Of a stretch of 64,000 nt of DNA, positions 38,691 through 49,651 are shown piece by piece; the stretch's first letter is position 1, and every line of letters starts with the position of its first letter. The notes under the pieces were generated by a model. The model was not told the DNA's origin and made no database searches. It worked only from the letters and a program-made list of their open reading frames with translations. The position numbers and the translations under genes were made by a program. This DNA is from Phoronis australis. Taxonomy: Eukaryota > Animalia > Phoronida. The stretch is taken from the NCBI GenBank assembly GCA_002633005.1, contig NMRA01000300.1:296823-360822 (forward strand), read 5' to 3'.

Positions 38691-39189
38691 TGTTTAGTAG
38701 GCAGCAAAACGTAGCCTTCGTGGTATTTGTCGGCGGCATTTGACACAAATTTGCAGGCTTAATGGTTAAACAGGACAGATGTCCACAAGTCCCTAAGAAA
38801 GGATTAGATTTACACCTAAACTCCCATCTTCAACAGTGCCTGCATTTTTTTCGGGAACGAATTTGTTCGGGTCCAACGTTATTCAAACACCGCGATTGCC
38901 GAGCTCGGACTATATGCATGTAGGCCTACTAAGCAGAGATACTGTCTATACAATTTTTGTACTAAGTTTGTTACACCGACGTATTGGTCGCAGCACGGTA
39001 ACACAACATTAGCAAACTGGCCTTCTATCTGTAGCAAACCAAGATTATACGGCGGTACATGGTAAGACATTCGCATTTTTTTTTAAATTTTTTTTTAAGA
39101 ATTTTATTTGGTCTTCACCTCATTCCCGTAATAAGGTACACTATTTCTTATCTAACACTATTCTGAGTGTACTAACAGGAAAAAAAATC

Positions 39190-39261
39190 GGGCTTGGCCG
39201 GGAATCGAACCCGGGGCCTCTCGCACCCAAAGCGAGAATCATGCCACTAGACCACCAAGCC
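39190..39261 (-). tRNA. tRNA-Pro (anticodon TGG)
   Basis: Minus strand reads GGCTTGGTGGTCTAGTGGCATGATTCTCGCTTTGGGTGCGAGAGGCCCCGGGTTCGATTCCCGGCCAAGCCC. It has an intact cloverleaf, A and B boxes, anticodon stem CTCGC/GCGAG, and is followed by a T8 Pol III terminator (39180-39187). Confidence 0.97.
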
Positions 39262-40450
39262 ACGCTGAAATATATCGTCAATTTTACTATCTAATTGATT
39301 TGCTAGATCAACAGGAAATGGAAAGTTAGGTGAACACATGTTTCTTGAAGTGGAGCTAAAATTTGAAGTAGATCTAAGTATTATATATATGCTATATCGA
39401 TCATATTTGTTTTTAGTTGAGGAGCTATGTTTCTATTCTACAACTCTACCCATTTTGTTGTAATCGGCTATATTGATTAGTATTCAGTAGTATGGCCAAT
39501 GTTACTAACTTAAAGTGCCTCTCACTCCAGCCAGGCGGTTGACACTTGAGTTGCTGCCCTTCTTGGTGTGGTTATCTCAGACTCATATATGTGACCATCC
39601 TAAAGTCATACTTCAGGGTCATCGGTGTCCGAATGATAAATATCGGCTCCATTTTTTTATGGTTATGACTATGTCATGAAAAATATTTGAAATCATGCGA
39701 AATTACCCAGGGCAGCCACAGGTTAAGAATAACTTTCCCTCCATGATTAAAATAAATTCATGATTTTAATTATTTTAATCTTGGAAAAAAGTTTTCCTCA
39801 ACTTTAGAATCACTTCTGTAAAAACTTTGTTTTGGCACTGTTGTCCTCTCTAACTGGTCTGTTCAATGCCAGGATTAGGCTGCCAAGGCCTGAAGAGCTC
39901 GATAATTCCGATGTGCGACTAATACTGTGGTAGGCCTACTCTGTTGTGGCATTTTACTTCTACAACAGTGTTAGCTACATACCTATACTATTGTAGGATC
40001 TTTGTGTGAAGTTTGGCGCACAAATTCAATGTGACAAAAACATTTTCAACTGCTCTGGATGGATCCGCGACTGCTGTCATAATTATATCCTTCTAAGTCC
40101 TGATGACTTATTAATTTGCATCTATTTATTTTGAGACCATTTACCAATTTTCACAAACTCTTTCGTATAGGTTTAAATTTAGGGGACAATTGAAGCTAAT
40201 TTTCATTGTACGTGGCTCAGTTTCACTTATTCTGTGCCATCTAGTGGTCAATTTGTGATATCAGTAAACACCCAAGTAAGCATAACCGTGAACTGCTTGT
40301 GGTGCATTTGAACACATGCACTTCAGTGATAAAAGTTTTGACATGAAGTGGGTATATTCTCTTTGAATGAAAAATTATGATGACTATAGATTAATTTTGC
40401 CATCTCATTTCAGTTCATCTGGCAGCTGAAATGTCCGTGTCGCTGGCCCA

Positions 40451-40699
40451 ATGTATGACGACGGTGATGATGCCACGGTCCATGTCACTGGCCCAATGTG
40501 TGACAACTATGATGATGACACAGTCCGTCTCGCTCGCCCAATCCGTGACAATGATGACACAGTCTACCCTGCTCAGCTAGCTCGCCTGGATGCTCACTAC
40601 ACTGCCTTCTGGAAGTTGTGCATCTCTCATATCTTGTGTCTACCGCCATACCCACACTTTGACGGAGTGTTCCAGTTTAATGGACATCCTGTGACTAAG
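40451..40699 (+). CDS. STN1: STN1 first coding exon, duplicate copy (likely the other haplotype)
   Basis: Block ~39525-41040 is repeated at 41042-42580 across the N at 41041. Confidence 0.6.
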
Positions 40700-41991
40700 G
40701 TACGACCCATCCCAAATGACGTATGGAGGTCGCAAGCAATATCCATGCGACAGGTGATGGGCGTCACATGGTTGTTGCCTATGGGACATTACCATTGTCT
40801 TCCTTTGTTGCATCTTTGTTGGTCAGGATATATCAATACAGGTCATATGGATATTGTACCTTGGGCACACATCAGCTGGTTACCGATAAATGTTTACCAT
40901 TATCTTTATTATAAGAAAGAAAAACAAATTGAACAATGGATACGCCTATCTACCGATATCTATGCGACGAGCTTGCAACCTAGTTTCCCGAGTTTAGGCC
41001 TTTAATTGGAGGGAGCATTACCTTGAGAATACCATGAGGANCTCTCAGTCTCAGTCAGGCGGTTGACAGGATTTGAGTTGCTGCCCTTCTTGGTGTGGTT
41101 ATCTCAGACTCATATATGTGACCATCCTAAAGTCATACTTCAGGGTCATCGGTGTCCGAATGATAAATATCGGCTCCATTTTCTTATGGTTATGACTATG
41201 TCATGAAAAATATTTGAAATCATGCGAAATTACCCTCATCAGGGCAGCCACAGCCGGGTTAAGAATAACTTTCCTTCCATGATTAAAATAAATTCATGAT
41301 TTTAATTATTTTAATCTTGGAAAAAAGTTTTCCTCAACTTTAGAATCACTTCTGTAAAAACTTTGTTTTGGCACTGTTGTCCTCTCTTACTGGTCTGTTC
41401 AATGCCAGGATTATAGGCTGCCAAGGCCTGAAGAGCTCGATAATTCCGATGGTGCGACTAATACTGTGGTAGGCCTACTCTGTTGTGGCATTTTACTTCT
41501 ACAACAGTGTTAGCTACATACCTATACTATTGTAGGATCTTTGTGTGAAGTTTGGCACACAAATTCAATGTGACAAAAACATTTTCAACTGCTCTGGATG
41601 CCGGGATCCGCGACTGCTGTCATATATATCCTTCTAAGTGCTGATGACTTATTACTTTGCATCTATTTATTTTGAGACCATTTACCAATTTTCACAAACT
41701 CTTTCGTATAGGTTTAAATTTCGGGGACAATTGAAGCTAATTTTCATTGTGCGTGGCTCAGTTTCACTTATTCTGCGCCATCTAGTGGTCAATTTGTGAT
41801 ATCAGTAAACACCCAAGTAAGCATAACCGTGAACTGCTTGTGGTGCATTTGAACACATGCACTTCAGTGACAAAAGTTTTGACATGAAGTGGGTATATTC
41901 TCTTCGAATGAAAAATTATGATGACTATAGATTAATTTTGCCATCTCATTTCAGTTCATCTGGCAGCTGAAATGTCCGTGTCGCTGGCCCA

Positions 41992-42240
41992 ATGTATGAC
42001 GACGATTATGATGACACAGTCCATGTCACTGGCCCAATGTGTGACAACTATGATGATGACACAGTCCGTCTCGCTCGCCCAATGCGTGACAATGATGACA
42101 CGGTCTACCCTGCTCAGCTAGCTCGCCTGGACGCTCACTACACTGCCTTCTGGAAGTTGTGCATCTCTCATATCTTGCGTCTACCGCCATACCCACACTT
42201 TGACGGAGTGTTCCAGTTTAATGGACATCCTGTGACTAAG
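41992..42240 (+). CDS. STN1: STN1 first coding exon (copy adjacent to exon 2)
   Basis: First in-frame ATG after an in-frame TGA; aag|gtacga donor. Confidence 0.82.
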
Positions 42241-44484
42241 GTACGACCCATCCCAAATGACGTATGGAGGTCGCAAGCAATATCCATGCGACAGGTGATG
42301 GGCGTCACATGGTTGTTGCCTATGGGACATTACCATTGTCTTCCTTTGTTGCATCTTTGTTGGTCAGGATATATCAATACAGGTCATATGGATATTGTAC
42401 CTTGGGCACACATCAGCTGGTTACCGATAAATGTTTACCATTATCTTTATTATAAGAAAGAAAAACAAATTGAACAATGGATACGCCTATCTACCGATAT
42501 CTATGCGACGAGCTTGCAACCTAGTTTCCCGAGTTTAGGCCTTTAATTGGAGGGAGCATTACCTTGAGAATACCATGAGGAAGCTTAGCTGGCTTATGTT
42601 ATTCCAAAAGGTCTCTACTCATACTTTGAAGGGCCGTTACTCCGAGGGGCTGTTACTATGAAGAGCCATTACTCCACGGGGCTGTTTCTCTGAAGTTTAC
42701 TGAGGTCATGTTATCAGTTGCTGACAAATTTTGAGCATTTCATGCCCACGGAATTCTGTAAGCAAATAGGCTATATAGTACAACTTTGAGACGTTTTTTT
42801 GAGTTACCTGATATATTAGTGACTCTTATTACTGTAGCATGATCAGAGTATAGATACTATGGACCGTTTGAGTAAAGGAAACACTAGTTCTGTTCATAAC
42901 CTCATGGTTTCTGTGTAACGGCCCACAGCTCTTCGTACAGGTCCTCAGTGTATAGGACCCTTGAGTATTGGCCCCATAAACACACTATGGTGTATATTGC
43001 ATGGGATCGATACTCTGAAAACATACCTTTGGAGTAGTAATGGCCCTTTTGAGATACAACCTCACCCTATTAGGTAAACAAGTCGACTTTCTATATATGA
43101 CTGATTTGTGTCATGCCTACTGCTTTATGAATAGTCTCTCTGGAATGATGTCTCATGTTTAGTTGAAAGACTGAAGTTTTTCTGAAAACATTTTGAATCC
43201 ATAATAGTAGACACCAATTGATACATTAAGCTAATTCTCATCTCTGTACACCTTATACACACTGTCACCATTTTAGTAGTGAGCCTGTTTTTAGGTTAAA
43301 AAAAACAATGTATTTGAGATGTAATATAATGAGACATGTGGAAAAATCAGACTTTGCTTTGTGATTAAGGGCAGAATGCATGTTTTTTAAAAACCTTAAA
43401 AGAGGTGTATGGATATGACTACCAATTTATGGGAGAACAAGTCTGCATAAAGCCACCTTCCATCAAACAAATTGACTTATGATTAAATTAGATGTCGTGA
43501 ATCTGTATTATGTTGGTAATAGTGTTTGTGTTACAGGTGGACATACTGGGTGTGGTTGTGTACAGAAATGAGCGAGAGAAGTGCTTCATATACGGCATTG
43601 ATGATGGTACTGGTGTCATAAAGGTGTGTCAACTCAAACCGTTGCCTAGCAACCACAATGACCTTGATGACCAGAGCAATACATTGATGTGTAGACTGCT
43701 GTCGGGGCTGGATGCCAGTCGTTCTGCTAGTGGTGGAGAATTTGGCGTTCTTGAAAACAGTTTTGAACTTGGAGACTTGGTACATGTAAGAGGTCAATTA
43801 AAATCGTACATGGAGAAGAATGAGGTGTTTGGGGTTTACCTGGCACGTGTCTCCGACCCCAACACTGAGACACTCTACATGAGGCAGCGCATGGAGCTGT
43901 ATGACAAGTTTTATTTGCAACCTGTCCGCATACCTTTGAATGTGAGACGAGAGTTTGAAGGAAGACACAAGGAGGACGACATAGTGACAGACATGGTGAG
44001 GGTGATTAAGACGGTGTTGTTGGAGACTGAGGCCAACAAGAGACAAGTTGATGTTTATGTCCATGACTTGATGACTGTTAAAGAACTAGAAAATATTACT
44101 AGCAGTGTGGGTGTATCAGCAAACATGTCTTTGTACCAGAAGGCTATGCTTTCATTAGAAAAAGAGGGTGTTCTTTATCGTGACAATATTGCAGAAGGTT
44201 ACCATTTGGATCAGGGTACACGCTGGCGTGTTATCCAAAACGACACGCGTTTACACTCGGACGTACTGAGCATACTCAGTCAGGATAAGTCTGCGAAGGA
44301 TTATAGGGAAGAAAAGGAATTCAAAGGCACATATTATCTGGCAGTATTGAAGCTCCTTACCCGCAATACTAGCTATAAGTTTTTGGGGCCAATAGCCGTG
44401 CAAAAATGTTTAGAGTTCCTTGAGGAACAGGGCAAGGTATTTGGTGGAATGTACCGGGGTTATTACATGACGTTTAACGGATAA
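41992..44484 (+). CDS. STN1: CST complex subunit STN1 (OBFC1), ~398 aa; join 41992-42240, 43537-44484
   Basis: LDAHYTAFWKLCISHIL...GVFQFNGHPVTK|VDILGVVV...FIYGIDDGTGVIKV and LGDLVHVRGQLKSY...VSDPNTE match the STN1 OB fold. The phase-0 GT-AG join is consistent, and the C-terminal region fits the winged-helix domains. Confidence 0.88.
43537..44484 (+). CDS. STN1: STN1 large terminal coding exon
   Basis: ttacag acceptor at 43535-43536; 948-bp open frame to TAA. Confidence 0.9.
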   Translation: MDILGVVVYRNEREKCFIYGIDDGTGVIKVCQLKPLPSNHNDLDDQSNTLMCRLLSGLDASRSASGGEFGVLENSFELGDLVHVRGQLKSYMEKNEVFGVYLARVSDPNTETLYMRQRMELYDKFYLQPVRIPLNVRREFEGRHKEDDIVTDMVRVIKTVLLETEANKRQVDVYVHDLMTVKELENITSSVGVSANMSLYQKAMLSLEKEGVLYRDNIAEGYHLDQGTRWRVIQNDTRLHSDVLSILSQDKSAKDYREEKEFKGTYYLAVLKLLTRNTSYKFLGPIAVQKCLEFLEEQGKVFGGMYRGYYMTFNG

Positions 44485-44804
44485 CGGATAATGGCCAACA
44501 CAGTGTTATAGCAGCTGTATACCTGCATTTAACTGGAAAAATTAAAATAATTAATTTACCCCATCTTCTGCTGTAAAATAGATCTCAAGTTGATGTGTGC
44601 TCAGATGAGAAGTAATTTTGTCTGCAAAGATTTGAAACCACGTTTGACAAAAAATGACACGTTTTGACAAGACATCTTGCAGAGCCGGGTCTCAAGCAAT
44701 GAGTTTAGGCAGCTCGTTATTAGCCAACAAAGCACATCTATTTTGAATAATGAACCATTTTGAGACCAATGTCACCACTTATGTTGTCTGTGTGATGAAA
44801 GGTG

Positions 44805-45080
44805 GGTCATCCGTGAATAGTGTCATCAGTGAATAGTGTCATCCGTGAATAGTGTCATCCGTGAATAGTGTCATCACTGAATAGTGTCATCCATGAATAG
44901 TGTCATCAGTGAATGGTGTCATCCGTGAATAGTGTCATCAGTGAATAGTGTCATCAGTGGATAGTGTCATCAGTGGATAGTGGAATAGTGTCATCAGTGA
45001 ATAGTGAAATAGTGTCATCGGTGAACGGTGTCATTGGTGTCCAATGTCATCATCCGTGAACTGTGTCATTAGTGAATAAG
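44805..45080. repeat. 16-bp tandem repeat (gtgaatagtgtcatca)
   Basis: Direct tandem units. Confidence 0.9.
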
Positions 45081-46305
45081 CAATTTGGTAATAATTTGTT
45101 TTCTCATTTTTCATTGAAACGACAAGTAGCAGCAAAGCCTAACTATCACCAGAAGTTCTGAAATACTGGAGATGTTCTCAACATTGTTAGAGGCCTTGAA
45201 AATGAGAGAAAGGCAATTATAAAATTTCTTCTGAAATTTGCAAGATTTTGTCAGTCGAGTACCATGATGTTTTACATTTCGCAACAACGGAAACTTGTAC
45301 TTGATGGAGTCAAATTAAATTGAATCACAAATTTATTGTAACATCGATATCACACGAGGCAGCAGTCTTGCATAAATTAACATAAATTATGATTTTCTGG
45401 AAGAAGTATTTTTCAAAAAATAAATTCCTCAATTTTGAAATATTGGTGGTAATCAGACAAAGAATATTACGCCAAAATAACTTGAAAACAATGGCACTCC
45501 CATCATCATTACAAGATTGCTAATATTAAACATACATGTAATTCAAAGCCAAATGGCACAATTTACAATAGTTCTCAAAATAAAATAGAAAATATTTAAA
45601 TTCAACAATTTCAAGGCACAATTTACAGTAGTTTTCAAAATACACTTTCTTGGAAATGTCTAATTACAATAAACTTTGGAGGCACAAATAATCCATTTCT
45701 TTTCAACTGGAAGCAATTTTAACTCTGACTAAATCTTGCAACCAAGACACACATTGCTCCAAGCACATTGTGAAAATTGTTGCTAAACTGACACAAACAT
45801 GCTGACAACGAATGTGCCAATTAATTATAGCATAAATTTTGTCCAAGTCTGACAGTTCTCTTGAAGTCCATCTTGTTTATTTTGGAAACTGAAGAACCCA
45901 CTTCAAGCACTAAATGCCAACTCTCATCAGTAGCCACTTCAATGTATACAATCTGATTACCCGAGCTCCTATACATATTCTTGGGACCTGCCAACATAAT
46001 GTTTAATATGTCCCCATCACAACATGATCAGTTATTGTTGACCACATTTCTTGAACTAATGATGGCTGATATCAATGACTTTCTAAAATTTGGTTCAAGC
46101 CCCAAACTTGTGTACTTACATTATATACATGTACGTTTCGATGAAAATCAATTCACCATTCTCGAGGAATATCTCCAACTACCGCAAGTATGATCACAAA
46201 AATCACAATCAACTAAATCAAAACTCACTTATAAAACAGTCGCATGCAAAGGTCAAAGCTCTCCCCAAAGGGTGAGCTCAACTGTGAGTTTTGGTTTAGT
46301 TGCTC

Positions 46306-46475
46306 GTGTTACTTGTGATCATGTTACTTGTGATCATGTTACTTGTGATCATGTTACTTGTGATCATGTTACTTGTGATCATGTCACTTGAGATCATGTC
46401 ACTTGTGGTCATGTCACTTGTGGTCATGTCACTTGTGGTCATGTTACTTGTGATCATGTTACTTGTGATCATGTT
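46306..46475. repeat. 15-bp tandem repeat (tgttacttgtgatca)
   Basis: About 11 units; explains the MLLVI ORF. Confidence 0.9.
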
Positions 46476-47029
46476 TGTGGTTGAGTATACTCCTTGAGAA
46501 TGATCAAGTGGTTTTCATTGAAACGTTGGACATTCTGTAAACACACAATGCTGACAACAGTTGTGTTGTCAGAGGCTTCAATTATTAATTTGGCCCAAAA
46601 CCAACATCGTTAATAAGCCCTAATCTTGATCAAAATCACAATTGTTCACTATTTCATGCTAGAGAAAGTAAAAGCCAGCAAAAGATAGTGTTTAGATAGT
46701 CACAACACACTAACTCAAATATACAGCCAAACTTTACAAGTATGCCTGGTACATCAGATTCATAACATTCCACAAGTCTCAAGCCAACTCTACTGTATAC
46801 ATGATGGCTTGGTTACACAAAACTTCATAAGTATTAATAACAAATGTGTTAACAAAGACACAAGAAGGTTGGTTATAGCTGTGTTCAATAACACTGTAAC
46901 AGTGGAGAAGACATGAACTGATCAAAGACCACCCACAACTACTCAGACTAACTTTGTTCTACCGAGCAAAGCGTTTTCTGGTTGCTCATCTTGTAACTGA
47001 CGCCTCATGGATGGATGCATAACTTCAAG

Positions 47030-48712
47030 TCATGCCTGGAATAGTTTATCACATTTTTCAAAAAACATTTCCGACTCCTCATACATGATGCGTTTGCGGC
47101 TTTTCAGTAAATTTGGCACATCCTTCTCAGTGGCACCAGGCAATAGAACAGGCACAATAGTTTTTGCTTTCTCGGGTTCTGATCTTTCATATACAATTTC
47201 CTTGATAAAGAGTTGCTCATGACGTGACGCCGTCAAATGTTCACTCACAAAAACTAAAACAAATTTGCTGTTTCTTTGCATGGTCATCCCCTCATCTATT
47301 ACATTCCTCCCCGGAGTCATGTCACTGTCTAGCGACCAGCCACTAACCTGGCAATGCCTTTGAATCTGTTTAACAATTTCTACAACCATAACTTCATCAT
47401 TTCCGCTGTTAATAGCTATGAAATCTTTGAACAGGGGCACGTCTTTGTTTCTAATTTTCTTCGCCATTTCGCGTTTCTCTGCTTCTCCCTTTGACTCTCC
47501 ACTTTTCCCCAGAATGTCCGCCCACAGATCGTAAAGTTTGTCATCGCGATCACCGCCTAACTCTTCCCCTTTCTTACAAGCACTGAGGGCCGTGACATCA
47601 TCTCCATTGAGGAATAAAGCCTTGGCATAATTTCTATATATATGCCAAAGGTCACAGTTCCTACGCAAGCCTTCCTCAAATTGCTGAATAGCATCTGCGA
47701 GATACCTCTGTGACTTTGTCTGTTCATACTTCTTTAAATACCACACTCCCAATAGCTCGAACCCATACCCATTATCTTTCTCCAATTCTACAGCCTTAGT
47801 GAGACAATCATGTGCTTTCTCCATATTGCCTGTTTCTGTGTACACTTGCCCAATACGCCTTAAAACAACTGACATGTTCTTCTCTTCTGTTAGCTCCATA
47901 GCCATGTCCATGCACTCCAGCATAGTGAAGCTTTTGTGTTCAGCTCTCACATCTGTCACAATCTCACCCAGTTGCTTATTCCCTGCGTCTCTACACATTA
48001 AAGTTCCCATGAAGTTCCATGCCTTGAGAGTCATGTCACGCATTCTTGTCTGTATATGTTCCTCACTCAAACCTACACTGGAAAGCTCCCCACTCTGGAA
48101 AGATGGAGAAGCATCGTTTGAGACAACCCAGTAGAAGTTCTTCATGGAGTCCATAAAATAATAGTTGTCATGTTCACGACTGTGCATCTTGAAACACAAA
48201 AAAGCAAAATTGAAATGCCACTCCCGTTGTTCAAATGGTGCAACTTTCTCACTTTGCTCCAGCACGCCTTGATAATACCGTCTCACTACGTCCTCTCCAA
48301 CATCAAAGTAAGCTTCCGTTATCACTAAGGCCTCTGCCAGCTCATACAGCGCTCGCGCCTTGCTTGCTGTATGCACATGTCCGTCCCCACTGTTGAGCAG
48401 CTCAAGCTTTCTACGATATGTGTCGGCATCGTCTTCCTTACCCAACGCTTTATACGTGAAAATTAGGTTCAACATTGCATTGACATTAGTTGGATCTTCC
48501 TGTAATACATCCTTAAACCACTTTATTCCCTTTGAATCCTGGTTGTCCATTACAGCCAAAAACCCCAGCAGGTTCATGACGGGGTGTCTCCGAACATATT
48601 GCTCTCTCTCAAACATCTTAACAAGACGTTCGTACAACTTTGGCTTTTTCCTTAAGTAAGGATGGTTAAAATGTCCACACTTGCCTTTCTTAAACACATT
48701 TTCTGCAGGTTC
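47030..48712 (-). CDS. TPR-TIR gene, large terminal exon
   Basis: tttcag acceptor at 48714-48713; uninterrupted 560-codon frame to TGA. Confidence 0.88.
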   Translation of the reverse strand, partial: EPAENVFKKGKCGHFNHPYLRKKPKLYERLVKMFEREQYVRRHPVMNLLGFLAVMDNQDSKGIKWFKDVLQEDPTNVNAMLNLIFTYKALGKEDDADTYRRKLELLNSGDGHVHTASKARALYELAEALVITEAYFDVGEDVVRRYYQGVLEQSEKVAPFEQREWHFNFAFLCFKMHSREHDNYYFMDSMKNFYWVVSNDASPSFQSGELSSVGLSEEHIQTRMRDMTLKAWNFMGTLMCRDAGNKQLGEIVTDVRAEHKSFTMLECMDMAMELTEEKNMSVVLRRIGQVYTETGNMEKAHDCLTKAVELEKDNGYGFELLGVWYLKKYEQTKSQRYLADAIQQFEEGLRRNCDLWHIYRNYAKALFLNGDDVTALSACKKGEELGGDRDDKLYDLWADILGKSGESKGEAEKREMAKKIRNKDVPLFKDFIAINSGNDEVMVVEIVKQIQRHCQVSGWSLDSDMTPGRNVIDEGMTMQRNSKFVLVFVSEHLTASRHEQLFIKEIVYERSEPEKAKTIVPVLLPGATEKDVPNLLKSRKRIMYEESEMFFEKCDKLFQA

Positions 48713-49614
48713 CTGAAACAGAATCACAACATTTTAACCAAGTAATTACACAGAATGTAAAAAACTTTATAAACACAACATCAAATACCATCTAGCTTGT
48801 TGCACATTTTACACGCAGATCCACCTTTATGTGAGGCTGGATCAGAAGAAAGACATGTAACGACATAGCAGAGACATGTAATGACATAGCAGAGACATGT
48901 AGACGAATCCAATTTGTTCTGACTCATGACGGGTCACAGAAATGACGTCAAGTAACTTAGCAACCAAGCGTGGGCCGGTCCTCCCAGCACAGCTGCTGAT
49001 ACTAGGCTTGTGTTACAGTTTTTGGACTGCATGTGTCAGACAAGTTGATGCCTGTGCAAAAGAGAAAGCCACAACCCTGAGAATAAACAGCACTGCGTGG
49101 TTCATGGCTTTCTAATGCTAGTTAATGAGCAACGGATCATGAGGTGAGTGAATAGCAAAGCATATGCATAGGCTCCTTTATAAGGAGCCATGATGTGGCC
49201 TCATAAAGGAGGATACGCATATACAATTGAACGCTGTCCCAATAGAAACAGTGGTTTGTTTGAGCTCCAACTGTTTTGATTTTTGGTCTCTCCCCACACA
49301 ATGTATTTTGAAGTGTACCAGTGCAGTCTGTTCTCCACCTATGTTACCTGATTGGAGTATTGTGAACATTTATCTTGAGAATGGTTTAGTGACAATAAAC
49401 CGAGACGTTGATTAATAAAATGTTTTTGTTTGCATAATTTGGGCTGATTCATATTTTGGTCAAGAATAAAAATGAGTGAATAAGATTTTCAAATTTACCA
49501 GCAATGTGCACAGAATGATATTACTTAATTGCACATGTCCTTGAAGGTCTGTCTCATTCAGCAGCAGCAGGAACAGCAGGAGCAGCAGCAGCAGCAGCAG
49601 GAGCAGCAGCAGCA

Positions 49615-49651
<37 letters not shown>

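Noticed and set aside
40451-42546. Two 184-aa ORFs that look like a tandem gene pair
   Set aside because: Only the first 83 codons are STN1; the rest is intron read-through. The duplication straddles an assembly N.
46300-46497. Hydrophobic (MLLVI)n ORF resembling a membrane protein
   Set aside because: It is a translation of a 15-bp tandem repeat in the region between convergent 3' ends.
47007-48659. Plus-strand ORFs of 71-111 aa
   Set aside because: They are antisense shadows of the long TPR-TIR exon.
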